Source: an uncultured Candidatus Saccharibacteria bacterium (GTDB lineage Bacteria > Patescibacteriota > Minisyncoccia > Phycocordibacterales > CAIZLB01). Taken from it: a stretch of DNA of 64,000 bases. This document shows, piece after piece, positions 34,668 through 43,702 of this stretch. The notes under the pieces were generated by a model, which was not told the origin of the DNA, did no database searches, and saw only the letters and a list, made by a program, of their open reading frames with translations. Both the position numbers and the translations under genes were made by a program. Location: the NCBI GenBank assembly GCA_964368945.1, contig CAYJDM010000005.1, positions 22,699-86,698 on the forward strand. Direction: 5' to 3'. Every line of letters starts with the position of its first letter. Positions within the stretch are counted from its first letter, which is position 1.

Positions 34668-36338
34668 ATGAAACCCGCGGTAGAATACGGCTCTATGCAA
34701 AACGACAAATCGTCCAAGAACAAAAACCAGACCTGCCTCATCGTCCTCGACGGCTGGGGCTATCGCGAGGATACGCAGCATAATGCCGTGGCTGCCGCCA
34801 AGACTCCGAATTTCGACAGATACTGGAAGCAATACCCTCATACCCTCCTCGAGGCCAGCGGTTTGGCTGTCGGCTTGCCGGAAGGCCAGATGGGAAATAG
34901 CGAGATTGGCCACACGACGATCGGTGCAGGCAAGTCCATCGATACGGATCTTGTGCGCATCAAGAAGTCGATCGAGGCAGACGGCTTCTCAACGAATCTT
35001 GCTTTTATAAAAATCTTCGAGCATGTCAAAGCGCATGACTCAACCCTGCATGTCAAAGGATTGGTTGGAAATGGCGGTGTGCATGCGCATACGGAACATC
35101 TCATCGCTTTTCTGAAGGCTGCGAAGAAGGCAGGCATCGAAAAGATCGCAATACATGCCTTCACTGACGGACGAGATACCGCACCACAGAGCGCCGCAGG
35201 TTTTCTAGAAGAGATAGAAAATGCCATCGAAGAAATCGGCGTCGGCTATATCGCGACTGCATCAGGGCGATTCTATGCCATGGATCGAGACAATAATTGG
35301 GATCGATTGGCCAAGGCCGAAGAGGTCATGTTTGAGGGCAAGGGCAAGACGCATCAGCATTCTACGACTTCGAATAAGCCATCTGTTTATGTCCGAGCGC
35401 TTCATGCAGAAGGAATCCTCGACGAGCATATGGAGCCTGTCATCTTCCTCGATGAGGATGGCAAGTCATATAAGGTGGAAAAAAATGACGGCATCTTCTT
35501 TTTCAATTTCCGCTCGGATCGCGCCCGCATGCTTTCGAAGAATATCGCAAAGAAAGCCACAGAGAACAATTGGTGCTTCGTTACGCTAACTGAATATCAG
35601 AAAGATCTCGAATGCCTTGTCGCTTTTCCCCCATCCCTCATCGAGACGACTATGGCCAAGGAAATCTCTGCCGCAGGCCTGACGCAGGCGCATATAGCAG
35701 AGACTGAGAAATATCCGCATGCCACTTTTTTCCTCAATGGCGGCACGGAAGAGCCTCATGAAGGCGAAAAGCATATCATGCTCGATAGCCGCAAGGATGT
35801 GCCGACCCATGACCTCGCCCCAAAGATGCGCGCGGAAGGAATCGCGGACAAAGCCATCGAGCAGATCAATGAAGGAGCGAATTTCATCTTCATCAATTTC
35901 GCCAATCCGGACATGGTCGGACACACTGCCAATGTTCCGGCAATCATCGAAGCCGTCGAGGAAACCGATCTGCAGCTCGGTCGCGTCGTCGATGCCATGC
36001 TAGCGCGAAGCCATGTGAAAAGCGTCGCCTCCGACGGACATGAAATCGAAGGCCCAACAGGAATCGCCACTTCCCTTTTCGTCACAGCGGATCATGGCAA
36101 TGCGGAAATGAATCTCGATATGGAAACCGGCGATAAGCATACTGCGCATACGATCAATCCTGTGCCGGCGATCATCGTATCCGATACATTATTCGAAAGC
36201 AAAAACATCGCCACGACGGACGGATCGCTGGTCAAATTGCGATCAGGCGGATCGCTCGCCGATATTGCGCCGACAATGCTCGATATCCTGGACGTGGACA
36301 AGCCGATGACAATGACAGGGAAAAGCTTGATTGAATAG
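34668..36338 (+). CDS. gpmI: 2,3-bisphosphoglycerate-independent phosphoglycerate mutase
   Basis: LIVLDGWGYRED, MGNSEIGHTTIGAG, and the C-terminal metal-binding TADHGN. The alternative start MQNDK at 34695 is possible. Confidence 0.9.
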   Translation: MKPAVEYGSMQNDKSSKNKNQTCLIVLDGWGYREDTQHNAVAAAKTPNFDRYWKQYPHTLLEASGLAVGLPEGQMGNSEIGHTTIGAGKSIDTDLVRIKKSIEADGFSTNLAFIKIFEHVKAHDSTLHVKGLVGNGGVHAHTEHLIAFLKAAKKAGIEKIAIHAFTDGRDTAPQSAAGFLEEIENAIEEIGVGYIATASGRFYAMDRDNNWDRLAKAEEVMFEGKGKTHQHSTTSNKPSVYVRALHAEGILDEHMEPVIFLDEDGKSYKVEKNDGIFFFNFRSDRARMLSKNIAKKATENNWCFVTLTEYQKDLECLVAFPPSLIETTMAKEISAAGLTQAHIAETEKYPHATFFLNGGTEEPHEGEKHIMLDSRKDVPTHDLAPKMRAEGIADKAIEQINEGANFIFINFANPDMVGHTANVPAIIEAVEETDLQLGRVVDAMLARSHVKSVASDGHEIEGPTGIATSLFVTADHGNAEMNLDMETGDKHTAHTINPVPAIIVSDTLFESKNIATTDGSLVKLRSGGSLADIAPTMLDILDVDKPMTMTGKSLIE

Positions 36339-36366
36339 CGACAGTGAGTCAATTATGGAAAAAAGA

Positions 36367-36394
36367 AAACCGCGACTCGATCTGAGCGCGGTTT
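36367..36394. terminator. Bidirectional intrinsic terminator (AAACCGCG ... CGCGGTTT)
   Basis: 8-bp stem flanked by an A-run and a T-run. Between convergent genes. Confidence 0.55.
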
Positions 36395-36415
36395 TCTTTT
36401 TCTCAAATAAACGAG

Positions 36416-36826
36416 CTAGATCAAAGACATGATCACGAGCGTCGCCACGATCAGGCCGACAAGCTCATGAGATGCATCGATCCAGAACAATCCCCAAACA
36501 TAATCCTTCTTGAGGTTGTAGAGCTTTCGCTGAGCAAGCATCGGGAAAACGAATCCGAGCCACAAGAGGAATGTGACGAAGATCGCCTGCATCCAGCTCG
36601 TGCCATAATTGACTACGAAAAGCGAGAGCACGAATGTGCTGACAAGCGTGACGAGGAGGCCCCATAGGATCCATGCCCCGCCATTGCTCTCAGGCTTGAA
36701 ATCAGGAGCAGTGCCCTGAAGCGTGAGCCACTTCCTTCCAAAAAGACCCTTTGGCATATACCAGATTGCCCCGATAATAAAGCGCGCCACAGTGGCCGCA
36801 AGCAAAACCAAAATAAATGATGTCAT
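36416..36826 (-). CDS. Integral membrane protein (4 TM), DUF1761-like
   Basis: Hydrophobic helices throughout. No catalytic motif. Confidence 0.45.
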   Translation of the reverse strand: MTSFILVLLAATVARFIIGAIWYMPKGLFGRKWLTLQGTAPDFKPESNGGAWILWGLLVTLVSTFVLSLFVVNYGTSWMQAIFVTFLLWLGFVFPMLAQRKLYNLKKDYVWGLFWIDASHELVGLIVATLVIMSLI

Positions 36827-36904
36827 GCGGATAGTATACCCTTCTTGCGCCGAGTCGAAAAGCGGACAGCGATGGCCGTGACCAGCGAGACTCTGTCGCC
36901 CTTC

Positions 36905-37486
36905 CTAATGCTTGATCGTAGCCTCGAGCTTCGTCATATCCTGCGATCCGCGAGCGATATCGGAATGCAGTCGCTGGATTTCATTCTGCACATGGAATTT
37001 ATTTTCCTTGAGCTTTTCTACCGCTGCCTCTCGCCTCTTGGCCTCCAATTCCTTTTGCGATTTGACACTGCTCAATCTCAGATATTCGGTCTCCGCATGA
37101 TGCATATCATTTGTGAGCCGAGCCAGAAGGGCCTTGGTCTCCTCTATATGCTTTCTGAGGCTGTCGACTTCTTCCTTCGCGGCGGCGATCTGATGATGGG
37201 AATCCTCGCTAACACGCTTCGCCTCGGTTGCTGCCAAATCCGCTCGCGTCAGCTCATTCGTGAATCTGCGCAGATCCGATTCGCGGCTCGAGAGCTCCAA
37301 TTTATTATGCCGCAATTTCCGGTCTTCCAATTCGAACTTTTCCTTGGCGCGCTCTTTCTCTACGCGATTCTTTTCCTTGATATTGTGATCATCGCGCATG
37401 CGCTCCGAAAGCGCGCCTTCATTCGCGACGAGTGTCCGCCGCGATCCCGACAATCCTCCTCCTGGTAATGGTGCACCGAAGATCAT
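36905..37486 (-). CDS. Coiled-coil protein at the distal end of the pilus operon
   Basis: E/K/R-rich heptad periodicity over ~150 aa. 15 nt downstream of the pseudopilin gene on the same strand. The antisense + ORF (36845-37468) was rejected. Confidence 0.45.
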   Translation of the reverse strand: MIFGAPLPGGGLSGSRRTLVANEGALSERMRDDHNIKEKNRVEKERAKEKFELEDRKLRHNKLELSSRESDLRRFTNELTRADLAATEAKRVSEDSHHQIAAAKEEVDSLRKHIEETKALLARLTNDMHHAETEYLRLSSVKSQKELEAKRREAAVEKLKENKFHVQNEIQRLHSDIARGSQDMTKLEATIKH

Positions 37487-37527
37487 ATATGGAGATAGTA
37501 TAGCATTCCGCAATTAGACATTTTAAA

Positions 37528-38058
37528 TTATGGGAAAATTTCCTGAACTCCTGGCAAGATTCCGAAGTCTATTTTGATTATGCGAGAGCGAGGATTTGCC
37601 GGGTTGAGTAAAAGCGCGAATCTGGTTATGCCATTTTCCGTCGAGGTAGCCCAATGCGCATCCGGGAATCCATCATTCGCGAGAGAAAATAACGACACGA
37701 CAACCCTTGCGCCGGCAGCATGAATGAAGCCGCATTCGATTTCATTTTTGGCCGTTCCAAAATCGCATTCCGCAAAAACGCCAATGCCTTCCTTGCTGAA
37801 AACGATCCTCGTTTGATCGTCGCTGACCTCTGCATAATCCGCTATTTGATTCAGATCGTGCAAATAGACCGCAAGCCGAAGCAAAGATGCATGAGTCTCG
37901 GCTTTTTTGACAATCAGGCTGAGCCTGTCATTGAAAACCCCTGAAGTCTGAACGAAGATCGAAATCGCAATCGCTATGAGCGCGACTGAGATTATCATTT
38001 CGATAAGGGTAAATCCTCGCTTTCGGAGCTTTGCGCTTCTTTTTATCATAATACTCAT
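37528..38058 (-). CDS. Prepilin-type N-terminal cleavage/methylation domain protein (pseudopilin / minor pilin)
   Basis: RKRGFTLIEMIISVALIAIAISIF is the class III signal: G-F-T-L-I-E followed by a hydrophobic helix. Confidence 0.7.
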   Translation of the reverse strand: MSIMIKRSAKLRKRGFTLIEMIISVALIAIAISIFVQTSGVFNDRLSLIVKKAETHASLLRLAVYLHDLNQIADYAEVSDDQTRIVFSKEGIGVFAECDFGTAKNEIECGFIHAAGARVVVSLFSLANDGFPDAHWATSTENGITRFALLLNPANPRSRIIKIDFGILPGVQEIFP

Positions 38059-39506
38059 CAGAATTTGATTATCGCTATCGGCGTAGTCGTGCTCTCCATG
38101 CCAACGACAATGTCTCGACCGGCACATGTCATGCTCGTGGTGGTTGCGGGCAATGCGACAGATCGATCCATTGAATATGCGCCAGATTGGTTTCGCTTGA
38201 GCAATTCGATGGCTGGCGAAGGTACTTTCGAGAGTGCCAGCAAATACGATCCGCCAAATACCTCCTCGACCTGCAGGATCGTCTTATTCATATCCGCACT
38301 TGCGATCGTTGAGAATTTCCAAGGCAAAGGCTTCGATGCCGCAACATCGTCAAGCAGTCCGGAGGTTTTATACAATTCAACATTCCCTACCGTTCTTCCG
38401 AAATACGCTTCCTTTTTGTACGTAGCTATCGATTTTCCATTTCCGGATAATCCGGGCGCGTCGAAGGATTTTGCCAATATAAATTCACTGAGTGACTTGA
38501 ATGGTGTATTGCCGACCATTGTGCTGCCAGTCAATGCCGTAGAGGAACCGTTTACGAATGCAGGGGCTTTTAGCAAATATGTCGAGAATTCGATGGGATT
38601 GGGAGACCCGACGATTAGCTCATACGGCGTGCGGGCCATATCGTTTATGCCCGCATTGATTTCAACAGACTGAATTGGGAAAGCATACAGATCATCCTTC
38701 TGATCGCCAGAAGGCCGATGTGCGATTTTGCTCGCGTTCAATTCCCTGCTGGTATTTTTATCCAGACCTATGTATATCCAATCTTTAGAGCTCAGAATGC
38801 GCAAAGGCAGTCCGGCTGCCACGGGAAACAATCCTGGAAATATCGACCTCACCATCGCCTTATCTATTTGTGGCATGCCAGTGTTGGTCGCGGAATCTGT
38901 CGGTACCCATTCGAATAAGCTGTTGATCGGAATCCTGACCACTGGAGAAGTAATGCTTCTTTGAGCTACGAATATATACGAATCAAAGAAATCAAAATCT
39001 ACCGTGCCCGGGCCGAATTCTATTGAACCAACAGGATCATGCGTATCTGCATGAAAAACATACATATCGGGATCAGTCGTGGATGAGCTATTCGTCCCCA
39101 AGACCAAATACCCCCGCCCATTATTCGGAATGTATTGAATAGTCGAAAGGATATTTCTTTGATGAGAAAAGAAATGCGGATACGAAACAATTGGAGTCGT
39201 CGAAGATATCGCATATTGCGCCAAAGCCATATCGCAAGAATGCCGATTGGAATATCCGTTTATATTGTCAGGCAAGAACCATTCGATATTGCCTGTAACT
39301 ATTTCATCATGCGCTATCGATGCCGCTCTAGATTTTTTGATCTGAAATTCCTCGCTTGAAAATATGAACAAAAGTATCGGCAGGCAAATGATTGAGAAAA
39401 CGGCCAAGGCGATCAGAATCTCCATAATCATGGAGCCTCGGCTTGCTGATATGGCGGCATTATTTTCCATGAATTTTTTATTCATATCCATCATATTATT
39501 TGACAT
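38058..39506 (-). CDS. Large (482 aa) pilin-like protein with atypical prepilin signal (GSMIMEILIALAVFSI)
   Basis: Gly then Glu at +5, followed by a hydrophobic helix. The long C-terminal domain may be a tip adhesin / large minor pilin. Confidence 0.55.
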   Translation of the reverse strand: MSNNMMDMNKKFMENNAAISASRGSMIMEILIALAVFSIICLPILLFIFSSEEFQIKKSRAASIAHDEIVTGNIEWFLPDNINGYSNRHSCDMALAQYAISSTTPIVSYPHFFSHQRNILSTIQYIPNNGRGYLVLGTNSSSTTDPDMYVFHADTHDPVGSIEFGPGTVDFDFFDSYIFVAQRSITSPVVRIPINSLFEWVPTDSATNTGMPQIDKAMVRSIFPGLFPVAAGLPLRILSSKDWIYIGLDKNTSRELNASKIAHRPSGDQKDDLYAFPIQSVEINAGINDMARTPYELIVGSPNPIEFSTYLLKAPAFVNGSSTALTGSTMVGNTPFKSLSEFILAKSFDAPGLSGNGKSIATYKKEAYFGRTVGNVELYKTSGLLDDVAASKPLPWKFSTIASADMNKTILQVEEVFGGSYLLALSKVPSPAIELLKRNQSGAYSMDRSVALPATTTSMTCAGRDIVVGMESTTTPIAIIKF

Positions 39507-40563
39507 GCTGCATCAATCCATAGAGAGGGCTCAAGATGCCGTATGCCAATAATCCGACCAATACTCCGATTCCAATCATCAATACGGGCTCGAGCATTTT
39601 CATATATATCTTCGAATAATGATCCAAGGCTTCTGCATGATGCTCAGCCAAATGATCGAACATATCCCCATACGACGACGATCTCTCAGCCACTGAGGCA
39701 AACAATGTCCATATCGAAGGAACGATCTCTGTTCCTGCTCGCCTCATCTGTCCGCCTTTCAGCGCATCCGAAAGCTGCATGCCCTTGGTCACGGATTCGG
39801 ATATTCGGATGAATTCCAATTTGATCGGATGAAGCTTGGTCGTATTCGCGAGCAGCCCGAATACCGTACCGATATCGGCACGGAATCGTATATATAGAGC
39901 AATGAATGCGGAATAAGAGCCGAATAGATAGGCTTTCATGAATGAGGAAATTGCCGGCGATTTTAGGATAAAAATATGGAATTTCATCCTAAAGAATCTC
40001 AATCGGAAGATGACGATCAATGCGACAATAAGCCCAATAAGCGTTCCGATCACGAGCGGGCTCCTATGGATCAGCAAGTCTGATGCATATAGCATCATGC
40101 TCGTCAGCGGATTCAGGGAGACACCAGGCATGCTGATGATGTCCTTTATATTCGGAACGATTACGAGAAGGGTGAACAATGAGAACGAAATCGTCATGAG
40201 GAGCACGATGGCTGGATATACGGACAATCCAATAATCTGCGACCTGGCCTTATTCGCATTCGACAGATGGGCCACTATCTTTTCCAATGCGACCGCGATC
40301 TGGCCATTCGATTCGCTGATATGGATTATCTGGATAAAAAGAGGATTCTTGCTGAGCTGCGTATGCGAGAACACTTCCGAATATGGCATGCCCGATAGGA
40401 ACATATCAGCAATCGTTTCCATATCGCGCTTCTGCTTATTTTTCTTTGATGATGCGATATAGAGCAAAGCCTCCCTGGGAGAAATCCCCGCCCGGATCGA
40501 ATGAGCGAGCGCCTTAAGAGACTGCCTGTCTATCGTATAAATCTTTGCTTTATTTTTCATCAT
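39496..40563 (-). CDS. pilC: Type IV pilus assembly / type II secretion platform protein (PilC/GspF family)
   Basis: Two T2SS-F repeats, three TM segments. Typical length and position next to the ATPase. Confidence 0.8.
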   Translation of the reverse strand: MMKNKAKIYTIDRQSLKALAHSIRAGISPREALLYIASSKKNKQKRDMETIADMFLSGMPYSEVFSHTQLSKNPLFIQIIHISESNGQIAVALEKIVAHLSNANKARSQIIGLSVYPAIVLLMTISFSLFTLLVIVPNIKDIISMPGVSLNPLTSMMLYASDLLIHRSPLVIGTLIGLIVALIVIFRLRFFRMKFHIFILKSPAISSFMKAYLFGSYSAFIALYIRFRADIGTVFGLLANTTKLHPIKLEFIRISESVTKGMQLSDALKGGQMRRAGTEIVPSIWTLFASVAERSSSYGDMFDHLAEHHAEALDHYSKIYMKMLEPVLMIGIGVLVGLLAYGILSPLYGLMQHVK

Positions 40564-41666
40564 TATCGAATATATTTATTCATCTCATCTTTGGATATCA
40601 AACCTTCATGGAACATATTTTCAACCCTATCCTTCAGCAGCATAATCCCCTCTTCCCTAATCGTCTGTGCGAGACTATTGCTACCTGCCCCATCGGAAAA
40701 CATCAGCGCCGATTTGAATTTCTGATTGAATTGCACGATTTCGAATATGATTTTGGCGCTTGAATGCGTATGGATCTTTCTTTGAGATACGAGCAAATTG
40801 ATGACCTGTGCGCATGCATCTGATTTGATACCGATCGAATTCAATCGGTCGATGATGCCGAGAGCCGAGACGGCATGAATGGTAGCCAATACCAAATGGC
40901 CTGTCAGCGCCGCTTGTATTGCAAGCTCCGCCGTTTCCCTGTCGCGTATTTCACCAACCATGATTACGTCCGGATCCTGCCGCAGCACACTGCGCAGAGC
41001 ATGCGCAAATCCGAATCCTTGCTCTTGCTGAACGACGATTTGCCTTATATTCGGAATGACAACTTCGACGGGATCCTCGAGCGTTACGATGACTTTGGAT
41101 TGTCGGGATAGATGTCTCAAGCATGCATAGAGCGTAGTCGTCTTGCCCGAACCAGTAGGGCCGGAGACCAGGATCAATCCGGAATCCTTATGGAGCGCGG
41201 ATATGAGCATTTCATATTCCTCAGTAGGCAAGCCTATATGCGCCAGATCGAATAAATCGACATTGTTCGAAAATATGCGGCATACGATATTTTCTCCGAA
41301 CACGGTCGGCGCTGTCGATACGCGAATGTACGCCTTGGTTTCAATATGCGATTCCGCATCTTTGTGTCGGAACGTGAATGCACCGTCCTGGCTCTTGTCA
41401 TTTATATCCAATCGCAATCTGGCAAGCACTTTTATCCTGCCTACAATCGAGCGGGCAATTTCATGAGAAATTGATGTGCGGTTTGTTATATTCGTGCCGA
41501 TACGCAAAGTGACCCATGCCGCATATTCGGCAATATCGAGATGAATGTCGCTGGCTTTCAGCAAAATAGCGATTCGACATAATTCGTCGGTTGTCTCGAT
41601 GCTATCGTTGCCGATCAGGCTTGTCTGCATTGCTGGTTTCAGTAAGCGATCATTCATCGCGAACAC
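40563..41666 (-). CDS. pilB: Type IV pilus / T2SS assembly ATPase (PilB/GspE family, short form lacking the N-terminal domains)
   Basis: Walker A VSGPTGSGKTTTL. Asp box and His box (DVIMVGEIRD; TGHLVLATIHA). GspE-type motif DGAFTFRHKD...IRVSTAPTVFGENIVCRI. Confidence 0.8.
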   Translation of the reverse strand: MFAMNDRLLKPAMQTSLIGNDSIETTDELCRIAILLKASDIHLDIAEYAAWVTLRIGTNITNRTSISHEIARSIVGRIKVLARLRLDINDKSQDGAFTFRHKDAESHIETKAYIRVSTAPTVFGENIVCRIFSNNVDLFDLAHIGLPTEEYEMLISALHKDSGLILVSGPTGSGKTTTLYACLRHLSRQSKVIVTLEDPVEVVIPNIRQIVVQQEQGFGFAHALRSVLRQDPDVIMVGEIRDRETAELAIQAALTGHLVLATIHAVSALGIIDRLNSIGIKSDACAQVINLLVSQRKIHTHSSAKIIFEIVQFNQKFKSALMFSDGAGSNSLAQTIREEGIMLLKDRVENMFHEGLISKDEMNKYIR

Positions 41667-41713
41667 TTTAGCAATAGCGACATTAAGTTTTGATCAAATA
41701 AAAAAAAGAAAAA

Positions 41714-41737
41714 CCGCCGGTCGTTGCCAACCGGCGG
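41714..41737 (-). terminator. Intrinsic terminator after the hypothetical gene 41765-42550
   Basis: CCGCCGG tcgttgccaa CCGGCGG. Followed on the minus strand by a U-run. Confidence 0.5.
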
Positions 41738-41764
41738 CTTGCATTCTAGAAGCGATGAAACCGC

Positions 41765-42550
41765 TTATTCCTTAGGCACGCCATGGAAAATCCTCCAAAT
41801 GAGATGATTGATCTCATCGATCAGCTTGAATCGATGCGTCGGTTTTTCTTTTTCCGAAACAGCGATCGTGGCCGCAGGCTCTGGTTTTGGCTCAGGGTCA
41901 AGTGTCCATTTTTCGCCATTGGTAATTGCAAGGAAGCGCAGGAACGGCAGGCTTTCAATAGACTCGGGACCGTAAACGGATTGCCGCATAGGAGTAAAAT
42001 GCGTATCGGCAAAATTGCCAAGCGCATAATAGTTTCGAGGATCAGTGACACGATCCATCATCGAAGAATCTTTGAAGGCGGCGCCAAAGTAGATATCGGC
42101 AGTCGGACGGTCGGACTGACCATGCGAAGGCAAACAAATGGCGACATATAAAAGATTCCAAGGCGACGAATTGTAACGACCGCTCCTAAGCTTACGATAG
42201 AGGCAAACCTTGACACTGTATGTTCCGCCCAGATAACTGGTGACGGAAGGCCCGTACATGACCCAGGAACCCTGTGCGTGGACGATACAGGTCTGAATAA
42301 CCCCCTCCTCGCAACCTTCTGGCGTTGCAGTTTCCCATTCCTCAAGAGGCATTGCCGGCTTCACGACACTCGTATTGGGCTCATCGCCATCCATCCACAC
42401 CTGTACATCGCAATGATGATAGAAGTGGATGGAGATTTCGTCATGCAGGGCACATGTGCGCTGTTTTACTGCAAGACGTGCGATTTCGAGGGCTGTCGTG
42501 ACCGCGGAGGTGTGGACCGCTTTGCTTTTCGTTGTATTTTGTAGTTTCAT
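41765..42550 (-). CDS. Hypothetical protein (261 aa) with a long structured 5' leader
   Basis: Clean ORF with its own promoter and terminator. No recognised domain. Confidence 0.5.
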   Translation of the reverse strand: MKLQNTTKSKAVHTSAVTTALEIARLAVKQRTCALHDEISIHFYHHCDVQVWMDGDEPNTSVVKPAMPLEEWETATPEGCEEGVIQTCIVHAQGSWVMYGPSVTSYLGGTYSVKVCLYRKLRSGRYNSSPWNLLYVAICLPSHGQSDRPTADIYFGAAFKDSSMMDRVTDPRNYYALGNFADTHFTPMRQSVYGPESIESLPFLRFLAITNGEKWTLDPEPKPEPAATIAVSEKEKPTHRFKLIDEINHLIWRIFHGVPKE

Positions 42551-42585
42551 TTTGACACAATCAATGTGCTAACGACCAGACGCTC

Positions 42586-42629
42586 TTACCTGGAAATCCA
42601 GCACCTCAGCATGAGGTGCTGGAAGGTAA
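42586..42629 (-). promoter_or_regulatory. Long interrupted hairpin in the 5' leader (TTACCT gg aaa TCCAGCACCTCA gca TGAGGTGCTGGA AGGTAA)
   Basis: 12-bp perfect stem plus 6-bp outer stem. No U-tract. 37 nt before the start codon. Further small hairpins lie upstream in the ~165-nt leader. Confidence 0.4.
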
Positions 42630-42730
42630 TAACGCAGACCGTTGTTGCCATCAAGACAACGCATTAGAAGCATGCGAATGTATCCAATGCATTGTCCTGA
42701 AACTGCAACCAGTGAAAAATCTCCTTTACA

Positions 42731-42760
42731 ATAATACCACATATATATGGTATTTGTCAA
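42731..42760 (-). promoter_or_regulatory. Sigma70-type promoter TTGACA-18-TATTAT on the minus strand
   Basis: Read from the reverse complement (plus-strand TGTCAA 42755-42760; ATAATA 42731-42736). Confidence 0.45.
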
Positions 42761-42774
42761 GTATTTATAGGGCT

Positions 42775-43680
42775 CTATTTAAGGGTAAAATCACCAGCCT
42801 TCACCCGCATGATATTTCGCGCAATCGCCCCTACCCCCGCCCTCTGTCCCAGCCAACATGCAAAGCTTCTTATATAGAATCCGCTGCTTACCGTCATGCT
42901 GAATTTCATAATCTTGAGCGGCACATTGCAGTCGTCTCTGCCAGGCGCCTCATATTCAGTCTGCCATTTTTTCCATGATTCAATTATTTCATTTTGCCTA
43001 AAGTCGCCCTTGATCTGTTGCGCGAATACGATCGATTCGATCGCGAGTTCATCAGGCGAGATTTCCGCATGGTGTAACGAACCATCAAGTAACGTCATAG
43101 TTTCTTCCACCAAGTCTGAGATCCGCGACACCTTCTTTGCATCCTTCCCTTGCTCGCGAGAAAGAATTTCAATCTCATATATTTCAACCTCATTCGTCGG
43201 CAATTTCGGAATTGTCGCATCGATCCCATGATCTTTTACATATTGAAAAAGCGGAATGCCATCGATCGGCTTCGACGAATAGAATGGATATGTTTGCCGC
43301 ACTTTGCCCAAGAGATCGTCTCGACCACCAAGCTTGCCGTCATCGCTACCGCCATCTTGATCAAAACTTAATGTCGGCCATGTTAAAAAATCATCGCCGG
43401 CAGTATCGCCCGAAGCGACAATGCCGAGCTGGTCGAAAGTGTCCGTCGCGACGCCTAAAACAACCTCGAATTCATATGTCTTCTTTAACCCCAAATATGA
43501 CTCCTTTTCCTTAATCTCATCGCCCTCAAGGGCGATCAATAATCCGGCCGCTAGAGGGTCGAGGCGGCCTGCATATGTGAGGGATACGGGAACGGGTTTG
43601 CCCTCGCTTTGGAGGTCGTTTTTGAGCCTCTGGAGGCATTCCAGGCAGGTCTCTCCCTGTTTCTTGTATAATAGGTGCAT
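42775..43680 (-). CDS. truB: tRNA pseudouridine(55) synthase (TruB family, divergent)
   Basis: YAGRLDPLAAGLLIALEGD corresponds to the GHTGTLDPLATGVL catalytic motif. LGVATDTFD corresponds to LGvtTdTdD. Start set at MHLLYKKQGET. Confidence 0.65.
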   Translation of the reverse strand: MHLLYKKQGETCLECLQRLKNDLQSEGKPVPVSLTYAGRLDPLAAGLLIALEGDEIKEKESYLGLKKTYEFEVVLGVATDTFDQLGIVASGDTAGDDFLTWPTLSFDQDGGSDDGKLGGRDDLLGKVRQTYPFYSSKPIDGIPLFQYVKDHGIDATIPKLPTNEVEIYEIEILSREQGKDAKKVSRISDLVEETMTLLDGSLHHAEISPDELAIESIVFAQQIKGDFRQNEIIESWKKWQTEYEAPGRDDCNVPLKIMKFSMTVSSGFYIRSFACWLGQRAGVGAIARNIMRVKAGDFTLK

Positions 43681-43702
43681 AGACGTTAGAATCATAACCA
43701 TC

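Noticed and set aside
36845-37468. 207-aa plus-strand ORF antisense to the coiled-coil gene
   Set aside because: It is Leu/Phe-rich nonsense typical of the reverse complement of E/K-rich coiled-coil codons. The minus-strand frame shows heptad periodicity and operon context with the pilin genes.
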